Assembly: GCA_965153455.1 (NCBI GenBank)
Contig: OZ234494.1
Location: forward strand, 2,480,001 to 2,544,000
Direction: 5' to 3'
DNA length: 64,000 bases
Origin: Sphagnum compactum
Lineage: Eukaryota
The position numbers were made by a program, and so were the translations under genes. The notes under the pieces were generated by a model. It saw only the letters and a list, made by a program, of their open reading frames with translations. It had not been told where the DNA came from and searched no databases. Shown in pieces: positions 38,901-51,800 of this stretch (its first letter is position 1; the number at the start of each line of letters is the position of its first letter).

Positions 38901-41499
38901 TTCCCCAACTTCAAACCTACTAGTTCAGTATTGAAGATGGATCCTTTGCTGAGGTTAGAAAAAGATAGAGAACCATATGTTTGCAAACTTCATGTGGCAG
39001 GTGAAAACCTCTTCCTTGAGTTAATGCTTTGCTCACACAAGCCCTTTATAGTATACATAAGGAGTTTGGTTTTACCCTAACAAGAAATTGGATATTTGGG
39101 AATGTTTGTGCCAAACAACATACGATTGGGTTATAATTTTAATCGCATAAATTACTTAACCTTTCATGAAATTGAAGATTTTTGAACAGTATTAACCATA
39201 AAACTCCAAACCCAAACAAGAGAGAAAAAAAAACAAGGGTTCCCATTGGCTTTGGTAGGAAGGGAAGGTAACTAAGGTGTAAAATGGGGTGTTGTGATGT
39301 TTGAGATAAAAAAAAAGGCCTGGGAATGGGCATGATGAGAATGGAATAGTGTTTAATTTGTTGATGTCATGTTTCTTCAGTGGAAGAGGAAAACTGGCTG
39401 AAAAATGAATGGAGCCCAACTCACCAAGTAAGTTAGAGTCTAAGCCCCTTTTTTCTGGGGGTGTCTTTGGCGTAACTATATCAAACCAAACTGGGAAACC
39501 TAAGATTATGCCATTGAAATAATCACCCTAAAAAAAATCCTCTCCACCCCCCCCTCTCTCCCCAAATTAGTATCAAGTGAGACATATAGTCTTTGTGGGT
39601 GATTCTGCACACTCCAATTGGATTCTCTCTCTCTAAATATTAGAGCCATAGGTTTCAACTTTCCCATGTCTTCCACACAATAAAGCACTCAAAGGTGAAG
39701 TAATTGGAGTGTACTTTATATGCATGAAAATTCCTCCATCAAAAGAGAAAAGATATTACGCCTACTCCTTAAGAGTGAAAGGGATCTTACACCCATGCAT
39801 GGGTCTATCATAACCTTTGTCTCATGCTTTAGGAGCTCATGGGCGGGGGACATTCCCAAAATGCTGGGCCAGACTCAACTATGGCCCCATGGATGAGGAA
39901 AGTGCCCACTGTGTGTGGGTTTGACCCTACACGGACGGACTCGCCCAGCCCAGCTATTGTTGTTGTTGCTCAAACAAAAGCACCCATGAAGGAAGGCAAG
40001 CAAGCTCCTCCAAGAACAATCATCATCATCTACCAAATATGTGCTGCAATGCTTTCTTTCTTGCAAACAGGGCTCAATGCACCAATGATTGTCCCATCAG
40101 TGGGGTTGTTCCTTCCTTGTGATAGAGTGACATGATACCTTGCCCCTTTACATCCTTTGCACCTCCAAATGCTGTGTGCCAATTCCCACATCCCTCACCT
40201 TTTCTCCCCCCAATTCCCGCATCCATAATAGATAATAACTCGTTAACCTAGCCATGGGGATGGACCAACCTCCCCTTTTCCCTTTCCATGAAGACCTAAT
40301 ATAAAATTTCTAGTATGCTTCGAGGGTACATACTTCTTATGCAAGACATGGGGCAATTAAAAAAAAAATGAACCGACCACTTCAGTAGGCCTTCTTTCAC
40401 TTCTCAAAATGCCAAGTCTCTTTCTTTTCCTTTTTATTCCCATTATACCCGGCGGGTATAATCAGGGTATCATGAGAAAAAGATTTATTTTTTGCCAGAT
40501 GGTTTATGCCTGATAACACCCTCACAGCAGGGCATTCCCAAAATAAGCTCCCCCAAATATTTTTTAAAAAGGGTAGGATATATATGTTAAAAAGTTGACT
40601 TTTTTCTAAAGTTAATAAGTAGACTGAACTTTATAATTAATTATTATTTAATTGTTCAACTCTATATTTAGATAGACCCCTATTTTAATTTGTCATTAAA
40701 CTTTAAATAATTTTTAGCATTGGAGAATGTGTAGTAGTGTGTACATGGAAGGGGACCGACCTGATTCAAAAAGCGGGTCCAGACGTTCTTGAATTTGAAA
40801 AAAATGTGATAAAACTGAAATAAAAAAGGTTCAAATTGGTATAATAAGTTTGGTATATTACCTCAGGTCCCTAGTCTCCCTATCCGGAGACTTGTGAGGG
40901 TGAAAAAGTCATAAATTTTATGGACCACTTAGGGTTTGGGGGACCAATATTTTTTGAGGTTTTATGCTTTTCCTTGCACTTGAGTGTTATTTGGGGTCAT
41001 TAAGGCAATCTTCTTAGCATTTATTACAAATTGAGAAACATGGGCCAAGCATTTGGACTATTCGCAATAACTTGTGCACTCTCTTCAATAACCTAGTCCA
41101 ACCTCTTGTAATCAACAAATTGGAACAAAATTTCTCTACAACTTGGCCTGAGTGGTGAGGAGTTGTGAAACTTTGAAAGTCACTTGCGATGACAAGCATT
41201 CTGCCAAGAGAAATGGGTGTAGTTTGTGAAGATGCTAAAATCTCCCAAAAGACACTTTTTTTATAAAAAAAACATCATCATCATGGACAAACCATTAGGG
41301 ATTCAATAGTCATTAATTAACAATATTATAGTTACAAGAGACACAACCCCAATCTCTTAGCTTAGCATTATACCCCTTTGCCTCCTCCTTCCCTAAACTA
41401 ACTTAAAGATCTTGTCATTCACATTTATTCAAATGTGAAATTTTGCATGGCATTTTGGAAGAGGTCTAAAGAAAGGGGAAGCATAAAATACAAGCATAA

Positions 41500-42060
41500 A
41501 TCAGGGATGTGGGATTTCATGTTTTTTGAAAGCAAACACATATTCTCTTGATGCCATCTCTCCAGTAATCACAACGACGAGTGAATATTGTGTTTCCAGT
41601 AAATGGTGTTCACATTTTGGTAGACGTAATCATTGCTGACATAATTCATACAAATTTTGTTTCGCGAGCCGCTTTTTTTTTGGGGAATAGTTGTGACGAT
41701 AACAACTCGACAAAGATTGTGACATATCACAACTGACACCCTAAGGATGATTTCATCCCTTTAATAGTAGAAATATTTGGATGTTTACACCAAAAGGCGA
41801 ACGATTTCCTTCATCGATGTGCCAATATGGCATGGTCAACGAAAGGCTTTTAAGGTCCTCTTTTTTTTATTATAAATTCATCTTATAGCAAAGGGTGTCG
41901 ATGGTTTTTTAGAGAATTCAAACCACCATTATTTTTTGTCACGCAGTTGTGGCAATAGGAAAACCTTTTCGAAACTTAAGGTCTTTCCAGGTTTTTTGCC
42001 CATCTTTTTGCACGACTTACTTCGTGCTATTGGTGATGGGTTTAGGTCCTAGGTTTTATG
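41500..42060 (+). mobile_element. 3' fragment of a second CRE-like/RLE non-LTR retrotransposon
   Basis: Translates to RRVNIVFPVNGVHILVDVIIAD..HPKDDFIPLIVEIFGCLHQKANDFLHRCANMAW, homologous to the endonuclease region of the 33.4-36.0 kb element. Confidence 0.65.
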
Positions 42061-42964
42061 TTTCCTTTTCTTAAAACTCCCCATTGTGCATTTTGCATTT
42101 TCAAGTGTGGCCTTTTGTTTAAACTTCAATCGTTTCTTTGTTGTTCTCTAGTTCCTTTCCAAGTGTTATTTATTTATTATCTTTTCACCATGGTTAGCAC
42201 TTTTAATCAAACTTTAGTTCAATAGAAATTTTAAATAATTTTTATATGTTTTTGAAAAATCAACAACAATCATTTCCCAGATCAATAGTGTAAAATGCAT
42301 GAATACAAATGCATGACACACTAATGATACAACTATTCATTAAAATTGAAAATGGCATTTTATGTTATTTATAAAAGAAAATTGGGCTAATGTGACTAGC
42401 ACCCACAAATGCATTACCTCCTTTGAGGCCATTGCGGTTGGATGAACCCCAATTTAAAAACCCATAGCACATTTTTATAACCCTAAGTTATCATGGAAAA
42501 GTTAGATGGGGAAAAAACCTAAAGAAAAAAAATGTCCTGCAAATTGCCATCCATGCATGGTGATGCATTTATGGGTTTTAATTCACTCGATTGGAAAATT
42601 CTAGGGCAAACTTTCAATGTGCCTTGCAATGGCTAGTTTTGCACTGGCTACCAACTAATTTCACATTCCAACCTCAATTTTCATGTTAAGGAGCAAGTCC
42701 CCTTCCTAGGAAAATTATGCATAACAAACTAGCCTAGGCAAACCCTTCTAATACCAAAATTGCATTCACTATTGTGTTCACTATTGTATAGTTGTCCATG
42801 GAAAGAAGACATAAGACATGTATGTTTTATACATGAATTTGTGTGTTTTGTTCATGATCCCCTAAAAATACAATTGCCCCATAGGTTTAACTTAGGTAAT
42901 AATATATTCACACTTGGAGTTAACTCCATGTTAAGTCAATGTTTTGTAACATAATTTTATTCCT

Positions 42965-45272
42965 TTCATGACTTATATTATAAGGCTCCTCCAATAATTG
43001 TATATGGAATTGTCTTTTAAATCAATCTTTTTTTCTTTTTTCGAAAGACCATTAGGACATGGATGCAATGATAAATAATCGAAAACATCAACATACTCCC
43101 CATTAAAAACCTCCCATACAAATAAAGCTGCATCTTTAAAAATCTTTATTGGGGCTTTACCTAATTTAATATTTAATATATTCAAATGATCTGCATTAAC
43201 ATGGTTTTTTCTAGGTTGAATTAAAATCGTGAACATAAATTCTTGTAATAATATGACCCATTGGGCTATGTGCCCACTTAATTGAAGTTTATTGATTAGA
43301 TATTTCAATGCATCATGGTTCACATGAAATAAAAATGGATAACCCAATAAATAATGTCTGACATAGTAATTCATCCCCAAGGATTCTATTTTTGTAGTGG
43401 TATAATTGATTTCTACTACCATTCATTGCCTACTTACAAAGTATATTGGATGGTCAAATGATTTATCATCCTTTTGACTTAACACACTACTAGTTACAAA
43501 GTTAGAAACATCCACATAAACTTGAAACTATTTTTTCCAATTTGGAGCAACCAATATCAATGTTCATGTAAGTCTTGGTGCAAATCTTTAATCCACACCA
43601 ATTTTTGATCTTTTCTTAACAAATTAGTTAATGGACCAACCAAAATTACATACTTGTGGATAAACCTCCGATAATAACCAACATGCCCCAAGAAGGCCCA
43701 CACATTTGTCATTGTTTATGATTGAGGTAAATTATAATATAATAACTTCAATCTTTCCAGGGTCCATTGAAATTCCATCTTGTAATACAATGTGACCCAA
43801 CAATTTCCCTATCAAGACCAAAAATTAGCATTTAGCTACATTCAAAGAAATCCCATATTGATTCCAATGATCAAAACAAAATTGTAATTTTTTTTCACGG
43901 TCTTTCAAGTTACTAAAAACACAAAAGTCATCTAAGAATATCTTCATGACTAATCAAAGATAATCTTTGAATGTGGTCATCATTACTTTTTGGAAAGTTG
44001 ATAGTGCATTGCATAATCCAAAAGGCATTCTTATATGAAGATGTGCCCAAATCTATGGTGAAGGTGGTTTTTGTTTGATCTTCAATTGTTATTGAAATTT
44101 GGTTATATCTTGAAAAGCCATCCAAATAGGAATAACATTCATGCCCAACTATGACATCTAATAAATTATTAGTAAATGGCAAAGGAAAATAATATTTCCT
44201 TGTTATTACATTCAACTTTCAAAAATCTTGGCATATTCATATTTTGCCATTCTTTTTGGGAACCATTAGAATGAGTGACACCCATTCACTATGGAGGATT
44301 TGATAGATAAATCCAACCTTTAAAAGTTTATCTAGTTCTTTTTTTACTAATAATGAATATTTTGGATTTAATCAATATTAACATTGTCGAATCAATATTG
44401 TGCCATCTTCCAATATGATGCAATGTTGACAAATATCAGGTGGCATTCCTTTAAGGTCATTATAATTCCATGCAAATGTAATTTTGTTCCTTTTAAAGAA
44501 GTCCAATTTTCTTCTTAACTCTTCCCATATAACAACCCTAATGATAATTTTAGCGGGTTGATGTTTTGTGGCCATGTTGATGGTTTTACAATGTTCTTTT
44601 TGTTTAAAATGAACCATCATATCACCTTCAGGTCTGTACCATTCAATTTCATCTGTGGATTCAAATGGTTCCCATTTGGATGCCTTATCAACTTGGAGGA
44701 CATTTCTAAAATTCATCCATTCTTAGATGACACCATCAAAATCTTTAGTGTTATCACAAATTAATTGATATTCTCCTAGTTGGTAGCACCTAATATACAT
44801 TCGGCCACTTCTAATTTGTTTGGGCCAAGCCATTGAATGAGGTTGATAAACTTGAGTAATAGGTGGGATGATGGAAGATGTGACATTTTCTAATTCTATT
44901 GTATCATCAACATCATATGTGAACTTGGATTCTTCCTCTTGGGTCTCCTTGTGATATTGGATTGGGTACATTTGTAATAGAATTTTGTTTTCATGTCATC
45001 CCAAAGTCAAGGTTCCTTTACACCCAATCAGTTTTTGCTTTGGTTTGATATAACCAAAATTTTCCCAACAATATTGGGTATGAAAAAGTTGAAGTTAGTA
45101 ACTTGAACACAATGTAATCAATCTTTTATTCAATAATTGCAATTATAGTGTGCACTGCTAAAAAACCCCCATGGGATTTATTTGACTTTGGTCAACCATT
45201 ATCAAAACAAGTGAAGTGGGTTTCAATTGGGTCAACCCTAACTCTTCCATAGTTTCTACACTCATTAAATTA
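42965..45272 (-). mobile_element. Ty3/gypsy pol remnant: protease C-half, RT and RNase H (pseudogenised)
   Basis: Minus-strand fragments NLMSVETMEELGL..SYPILLG (protease), FAWNYNDLKGMPPDICQHCIILED, FPLPFTNNLLDVIVGHECYSYLDGFSRYNQI, IFLDDFCVF (RT active site ~43927-43938), VYVDVSNF..DHPIYFVSRQ, NYTTTKIESLGM..RHYLLG..NHDALKYL (RNase H). Confidence 0.88.
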
Positions 45273-46130
45273 TAGCAATGACTAACACACCTTGTCAATA
45301 AAGATACAACATTAAGAAATGTGTTACATACCATTGTATATGTGAAGGACTCTTATGTCATCATGTCTTGCAAGCTGAAATCCCAACTGTATTGGAAGGG
45401 TGTCATGTTGATGTTTGTGGCGAACATTTTATAGGTAATTCCATAGGTCGAAAAGCATTATTGGTGGCCCACCTTATTTACAAATGCATTTAATTGGGTA
45501 AAAAATTGTGATGCATGCCAACATGTGGGAAAACTTGAAATCAAGTTTAATGCCTTTGGTGTCAATATTAACTCAGGCACCATTTGAAAAATGGGGCATC
45601 GATTTTGTTGGACCCATTGCCCAAGCCTCAAAAAATGGACAAAAATGAGATATTTGAGGTGCCATAGGATATGTCACAAAATGAACTGAAGTTCAAGCTA
45701 GTAGAACGGATATTGCTAAAGTGGTCGCCTAACTTTTATATGAAAATACTATTACTTGATTTGGATGTCATTTGGAATTGGTGAGTGATCATGGAACACA
45801 CTTTTTCAATGCCTATTGAACGATTGACCAAAAAATATTTGATTAAACATCGAAAAATTATTCCTTATCATCTATAAGCAAAGGGTTAAACCAAAAAAAC
45901 AAATGGGTTACTATGTACAATTTTGACAAAAAATGTAATGGGAGTTGATTTTGATTGGGACATAAAATTGTTTGGTCATATCAGACCATTTATAAAATCA
46001 CGACTGATCATACACCATTTCAATTAGTTTATGGCCAAGAAGTAATATTACCAATAGAATTGGAGTTACTTTCCCTTTGAATTGCATTGAGTGAAAAATT
46101 GCTTTTGGATGACTCACTTATGGATTAGTA

Positions 46131-48828
46131 CACTAATATAAATTTTGGGTTTTTCAACTAAAACTTGGTTGCATACGACACATGCAACTACAAATTTGTG
46201 TAATTGCTTAAAGCAAGTCACACATGACATTTAGTTGCATGTGACACTACGTATACAACATGTATATATGGTACTAATATACGTGTTCATTCATACATAC
46301 TAATCTTAATGTAGTTGCACCTTATGTGCAACTCTCCTTGCAACTACAGTGCAACTAATCAAAGTATGACACATGTTTAAAAATTGGATGGCTTACTTGT
46401 GGACACATGTCATTTTTAAATTATTTTTTTGTTTTCATAATAAAAAACAATTGTTGGATTAATATCAATCGTTAAATTTTTTACCATTATGATGATGACA
46501 AGTGGCACACCATGGAACATTCATTGACCATTTCACACGTGTCCATTTTTAAACACTAATTATATGGTGACATGTGACAATTAAGGCCCACCTTTTAAAA
46601 AAAATTTAAATATTAATTAATGAAAGCTAAATCGTCCAATTTAAGGTTAATAAGATGTTGACACATGGTGTTTAGGTAGGTAGGTAATTATTACACCCTA
46701 CTAGGTAGGTAGGTTTACTTAAGTATGTAAGTAGGTTGAAAGGTAGTTAGGCTTAAGCTATATAGGTAGGTTTGGAATAATTCTAGGCTTAACCATTTAA
46801 TTAAGGTTAGGTTTTTCTTTTCGCTCATCCCCAATGGCATTTGGTATTTGATAGCTATTGCACCTAGGTATATACTATCCAAAATTTGATTGGAAGCCAA
46901 AAGACAAGGGATAAAAATATTCCATTGCAAACCTCATGAACCAACACAGGTGCACATTAAATGCAACTACTATATTAGGGTAGACTGGCCTAGGGAGGGC
47001 TTCGTTATTTCTAGTTTCCAAACAAAAAGTCAAAGTCCTCCTCTTGGCGCATCTAACACACTAAAAATGGTCATAAATGGATTAGAAATGTGAAACTTAT
47101 GGCCCCCAAAATAAAGGGGTGAAGAACTATAAAAAAACAAACCAAAACACTACAAAGGCCGGTTTTTAAACACCCAAAAAATTCCTTGTATGTTGCTCTT
47201 TTGTTCTTAGAGTTGCAGGAATGTAGAACATAAGGTGGTGCTCCTATAACACTTTAAATTGTTTAAAATGAATAAGAAATAAAAAAATTATGAGGTTTGA
47301 AAATAGGAGGGGTCCAAAGAGAAGAAAAAAAAAAAAAAAAACATTTTGTAACTTGGAATGCTTATTTTTCTTCTTGTTAATTTTTCATTACTCCTTTTCC
47401 TTTGCACTTCAAAAATAATTGTAGGATATTTTTAGTAATTATGATTATTTATAATGAAATTATTATTTTAGTATTATTATCTAGCTTAAACCAGTAATTA
47501 GCTTAGGATGTTTAGGTCCTTGTAGGTTAATTAGTGTACCCTATTTACCATAAATATTTGAACATAAATAATAAAACATAAATATATTATACATATTGAA
47601 TATATATATTAATTATGATTTTTTTGTTTAATCAAATTTACATTTTTTGGAAATAATTCCAAATAAAATAAAATAAAATAAAATAAAAAATTATTCTTGC
47701 AATACATATTTAAATCATGGCTAGTTTAGCTTAATTTAATATAACATAATTTAGTTTAGCCATAATTAGTTTAGCCAAATTTTATTTAGCCATAATTAAT
47801 TTTAGCCTAATTTATTTTAACCATAAATATTTTACCATAATTAGTTTGGCCTAACTTAATTTAGCCATAGTTAGTTTAGCCTAATTGAATTTAGCCTTAA
47901 TTAGTTTAACCTAATTTAATTTAGTTATGGTTAATTTTAGCCTAATTTCATTTAGTCATAATTAGTTTTAGCCTAATTTAGTTTAACTTAATTTAATTTA
48001 GCCATTATTATTTTTAGCAAAATCTAATTTAACTTAATTTAGTTTAGCTTAACTTAATTTAACCATGGTTAGTTTTACCCTAATTTAATTTAATTTAATC
48101 TAATTTAACCATAATTAAATTATTTTAATTTAATTTAGCCGTAGTTAGTTTTAGACTAATTTAATTTAGTTTAACCTAATTTAATTTAGCCATGGTTAGT
48201 TTTATCCTAATTTAATTTAATTTAATTTAGCCATAATTAATATAGCCTAATTTAGTTTAACCATAAATATTTAAACCTAACTGAATTTATCTATAATTAA
48301 TTTGGCATAACTTAATTTAACCATAGTTAATTTAACATAATTCAATTTAGCTTAATTAATCTAGCTATAATTAGTTTAGCCTATTTTAATTTAGTTATAA
48401 TTAGTTTTAGCTTAATTTAATTTAGCTTAATTTTGTTTAGCCATGGTTAATTTAACCTAATTTAATTTAGTTTACTTTAGTTTAGCCATAATTAATTTAG
48501 CCTAGCTTAATTTTGTTTAGGTTAGTTTAACCATGGATAATATAATTTTTAAATTAATTTAAACATTTTTAGTTTATGTTAAAACTTAGTACTAAAGGTA
48601 CATAATACTATTATAATAGCCTATGTAAATATATTAAGTATAGTAATTTAAGTATGTATATGTTTAGGCCATGTTGTACACATTTAATTGCATGTTAGTT
48701 GTAGACATGACCACATGATCCAAAAATTATACAATACCAAATTTTTAATTGCAAACATGATCGAAATAGTTGCAAACGACAGCCAATTGCATAATGATTG
48801 GTTGCAAATGACAAGATTTCTAATAGTG
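46131..48828. mobile_element. Non-autonomous CACTA (En/Spm) DNA transposon
   Basis: Imperfect TIRs CACTAATATAAATTTTG (46131) and CAAGATTTCTAATAGTG (ends 48828); 3-bp flanks GTA/ATA (near-TSD); many subterminal GTTGCA/TGCAACTA repeats at both ends; removing it rejoins the gypsy integrase remnant. Confidence 0.8.
47720..48535. repeat. Low-complexity AT-rich degenerate tandem array inside the CACTA element
   Basis: ~800 bp built almost entirely from TTAGTTTAGCC / TTAATTTAGCC / CATAA / CCTAA words; no ORFs. Confidence 0.85.
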
Positions 48829-51800
48829 ATATGTACAATAAAAAAAAGGGGGGATAAAATTCATCGATATGCATTACAAAATATAGAAATGACTCAAGAT
48901 AATCAATTTCATAAAATTCTGGGCAAGTTGAAAATGTGATGGCTAGGCCCCTTTAGCGTTTTGACAACCTTTCCAAACGGGCCCATCCAATTAGCAACTC
49001 TTGATGGTGATACATTATCAACCCACATCAATGGTGAACGGCTTAAAATTTACTACACCTGGACCAAATATCTACACATTGTAGTGAAAGTTAATATCAA
49101 AATCAACAAAACAATGTTAGGGTTTTCAAACGCCGCGTTATAGATGAGGAAGAATAGGGGCTATGACATTGAGAATTCAAGAAGTTGTCTTCTTCTATTA
49201 TTTGTTGATTTTTGAATAATAGTTTTTTGGTAGTGAATGGTGGTCTTATTGAAATTCATTTTAAAACATTTGTTGGTTTTCAAACCAACAAAGGCCAAGA
49301 GTTGTTGAAACACATGCTATATGACACTGATAATCCAAGTTTCAATATTGATTATTACCTTGAAGACAACTATTTTGGTTGCGTAAATATTGGCCATTGG
49401 GATTTTTGAAGTTAATTAAAAGATTGTGTTATAATGTTGTGGCAACTATCCTTTTTGTTGTGGGTATTCCAAACAGTAAACAATTCAATATTTCAACAAC
49501 CCTAAATTTTTGTCTTTGGAGGGGTGTGGATATATGCATTGGGCAATAAGTCATTATGCCTTCTTTTGATTAATCTCCAAAAGGTGGGCAGATAATGTAT
49601 GGTGGGTATGGGAAAAACCAAATAAGAATTATGGAAATTGCAAGCAAGGTGGATGATTTTTCATTTTTATTTTTGGTTCAAAGTAATAAAGGTGGGGTAT
49701 GGACCAAGAAGAGAAAATAGGATACAAACATGAAATTAGACCTAATTTTTTGTGTGTTGGGAACTAATGTAGTGGCCCAGAAGTGACTTAGTAAAAATCA
49801 AAGCATTATGAGTGGTGGGGACTTAAATTGTTCATTTATATGGGACCGTATTGGGCCTGAAAAATGACAATTCACCAAAGGTTTATTCAAATTTTGGTTG
49901 TTATGAACATGGGAATGCTTCCGATGAGGAAATTGGGGACCCCAATTGTTGATTTTAGAATCCTTGTGGGGCCAGTTTGGGCTTTATTTTATTTTCTTTT
50001 TCTTCTTCTTTTATTTTGGTTTAATTGCTGGAATGCAAAATATAAGTGATTAGAAGTGGTTGAAACTTTATGTTTTTCTTTGGTCCATTTCAAACTTGTT
50101 TTTGGTCTGGATAGTCATATTTAATGGGTTTTTCAAGATGGTTTTGTTTTGTTTTGTTTTGTTTTTTCACTTTCGATTGGGTCCTTTGGCAAAGGTTCAC
50201 GATTGTTCAGGTTGTTGTTGGATTTCCCAATTTAAATATGGCAAGATTAGTAGAATTGGCATTGGGATATTAATGTGTTGCTATATTGTACATTACACTT
50301 TTTGGTGGATGAATGAATGCTTGGTTATTGAATGGATATTGGAATACTTGGTCAATATTGGAGTACATCATCCATATAGTTATAGTACCAAACAATGAAT
50401 CAGAACCTAAACAATAGTGTGCTGGCTGGATCAAAGGAAGGAGAATATCACTCGCAAATATGTCTTTTACTAGAAGCACCAACATGGTGATTAGTGCCAT
50501 GGAAGATGTTGATGTTGACGTGATTTTGGGAACCAATGAACATTGACAAAAATTAGAAGCAAGCTCGTTTGTTTGAGTTCCTTTTGGTGTCAAAGAATTT
50601 GCCCGCACCATTGAAGGCCCCTTGTCAATGAATTTGGCCAATCCTACAAACTTATTGAGAAAGTGGGGGAGGTAAGGGGGAAGGAAATTGTGGTGGATGC
50701 ACAATTACTCCATGAGATTCTCAAGTTGCCCTTGTCGGAGATTGAGGTTGATGGTTTCAAATATGATAGTACCACTCCACAAGCTTATTTCAAGATTTAA
50801 GAAAAGGCCAAAACCCTTGCAAATGGTTGGAAGGTGGCGAGGCAAACAACCCAAAGATCATGGAGTGGATGCAATTTATTTGCAAAAGGCTAACATTGAA
50901 GTTGCATCCAACTTACTTAACAATTCACCAATTGCATGCCATAATAACAATAAGTAAAGGGGTCAAGTGTAATTGGGCAGATCCATGAAGAGTTGGCCAT
51001 GAAAAAAAAGGCGAGGAAGGTGAGCACCCTGCTTTGTGGGCATTACCTCTCCCTCACTATCCAATATTGCATGAATGTTTCAAAGGTGAATTCGGAAAGA
51101 CAAGGCTTGCATATGTCCTTAGTCATTGCTTATTATTCAGTTCACCAAGGCCCAAAAGAGGTGGTTGTCCAGTAAGGAAAGAGGGTGAAGGCATTAAGAA
51201 GTGAGAACCAAGGGGGAAGGAATTGGAATGAAAGATTTGCAATATTGTTGCAACAACTCCATGCTCTTTCCCATGAGGTTGAACGGATTAACAAATTGAA
51301 ATTGGAGTTAAAGGATTCTAAGATGGAATTGGAGAGGGTGACAACATTAGAAGAACATTGTGAAAGCCAAGCCCAAAATTGCAAGGCCTTTTAGGATGGG
51401 AAAATTGCCGAGTGGAAAGAGGAGAAGGATATTACTATGGAAAAGGAGAATACTACACTTATGATTTCATTGCAAGAGTTGCAAATTAGCCAACAAAAAG
51501 GGAGGGAGAAGGAGGTCCATCAACAAAAACAAATGGAAGTTTTGGAGGCCCAATTGGTGGGTGTTGTGGCCAATATTAAGGCATAAAAAGGGAACCAAGT
51601 TGATAAAATGTTTTAGGACTCAAACACATTTTCATAAATGTGGGAGAATGCAAAGAAGTGAATCTCACCACCCTAAATGTCACAAGTACGAAAATTATAA
51701 AGACAATTTTTTTTGAGGTACACAAAAACCAAGACAAACTATGCAACAAACATTTTAAAATCTAAATATAAAGATGTATGAAAATAAAAACCATGACCTT

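Larger units (their letters stand above)
45345..49070 (+). mobile_element. Ty3/gypsy integrase remnant, split by a CACTA insertion (45345-46130 and 48829-~49070)
   Basis: EIPTVLEGCHVDVCGEHF (Zn-finger), PFEKWGIDFVGPI, LVSDHGTHF, TPFQLVYGQEVILPIELE before the insert; DKIHRYALQNIEMTQ and GKLKM*WLGPF..FPNGPIQLATLDG..INGERLKIYY (GPY/F module) after it. Confidence 0.85.

Noticed and set aside
39839..40135. 98-aa ATG-initiated ORF
   Set aside because: No domain similarity or exon context; kept only as part of the unique-island finding.
47720..48535. Possible telomeric or CRISPR-like array
   Set aside because: No TTTAGGG units and no unique spacers; it is a degenerate AT-rich array inside a CACTA element.
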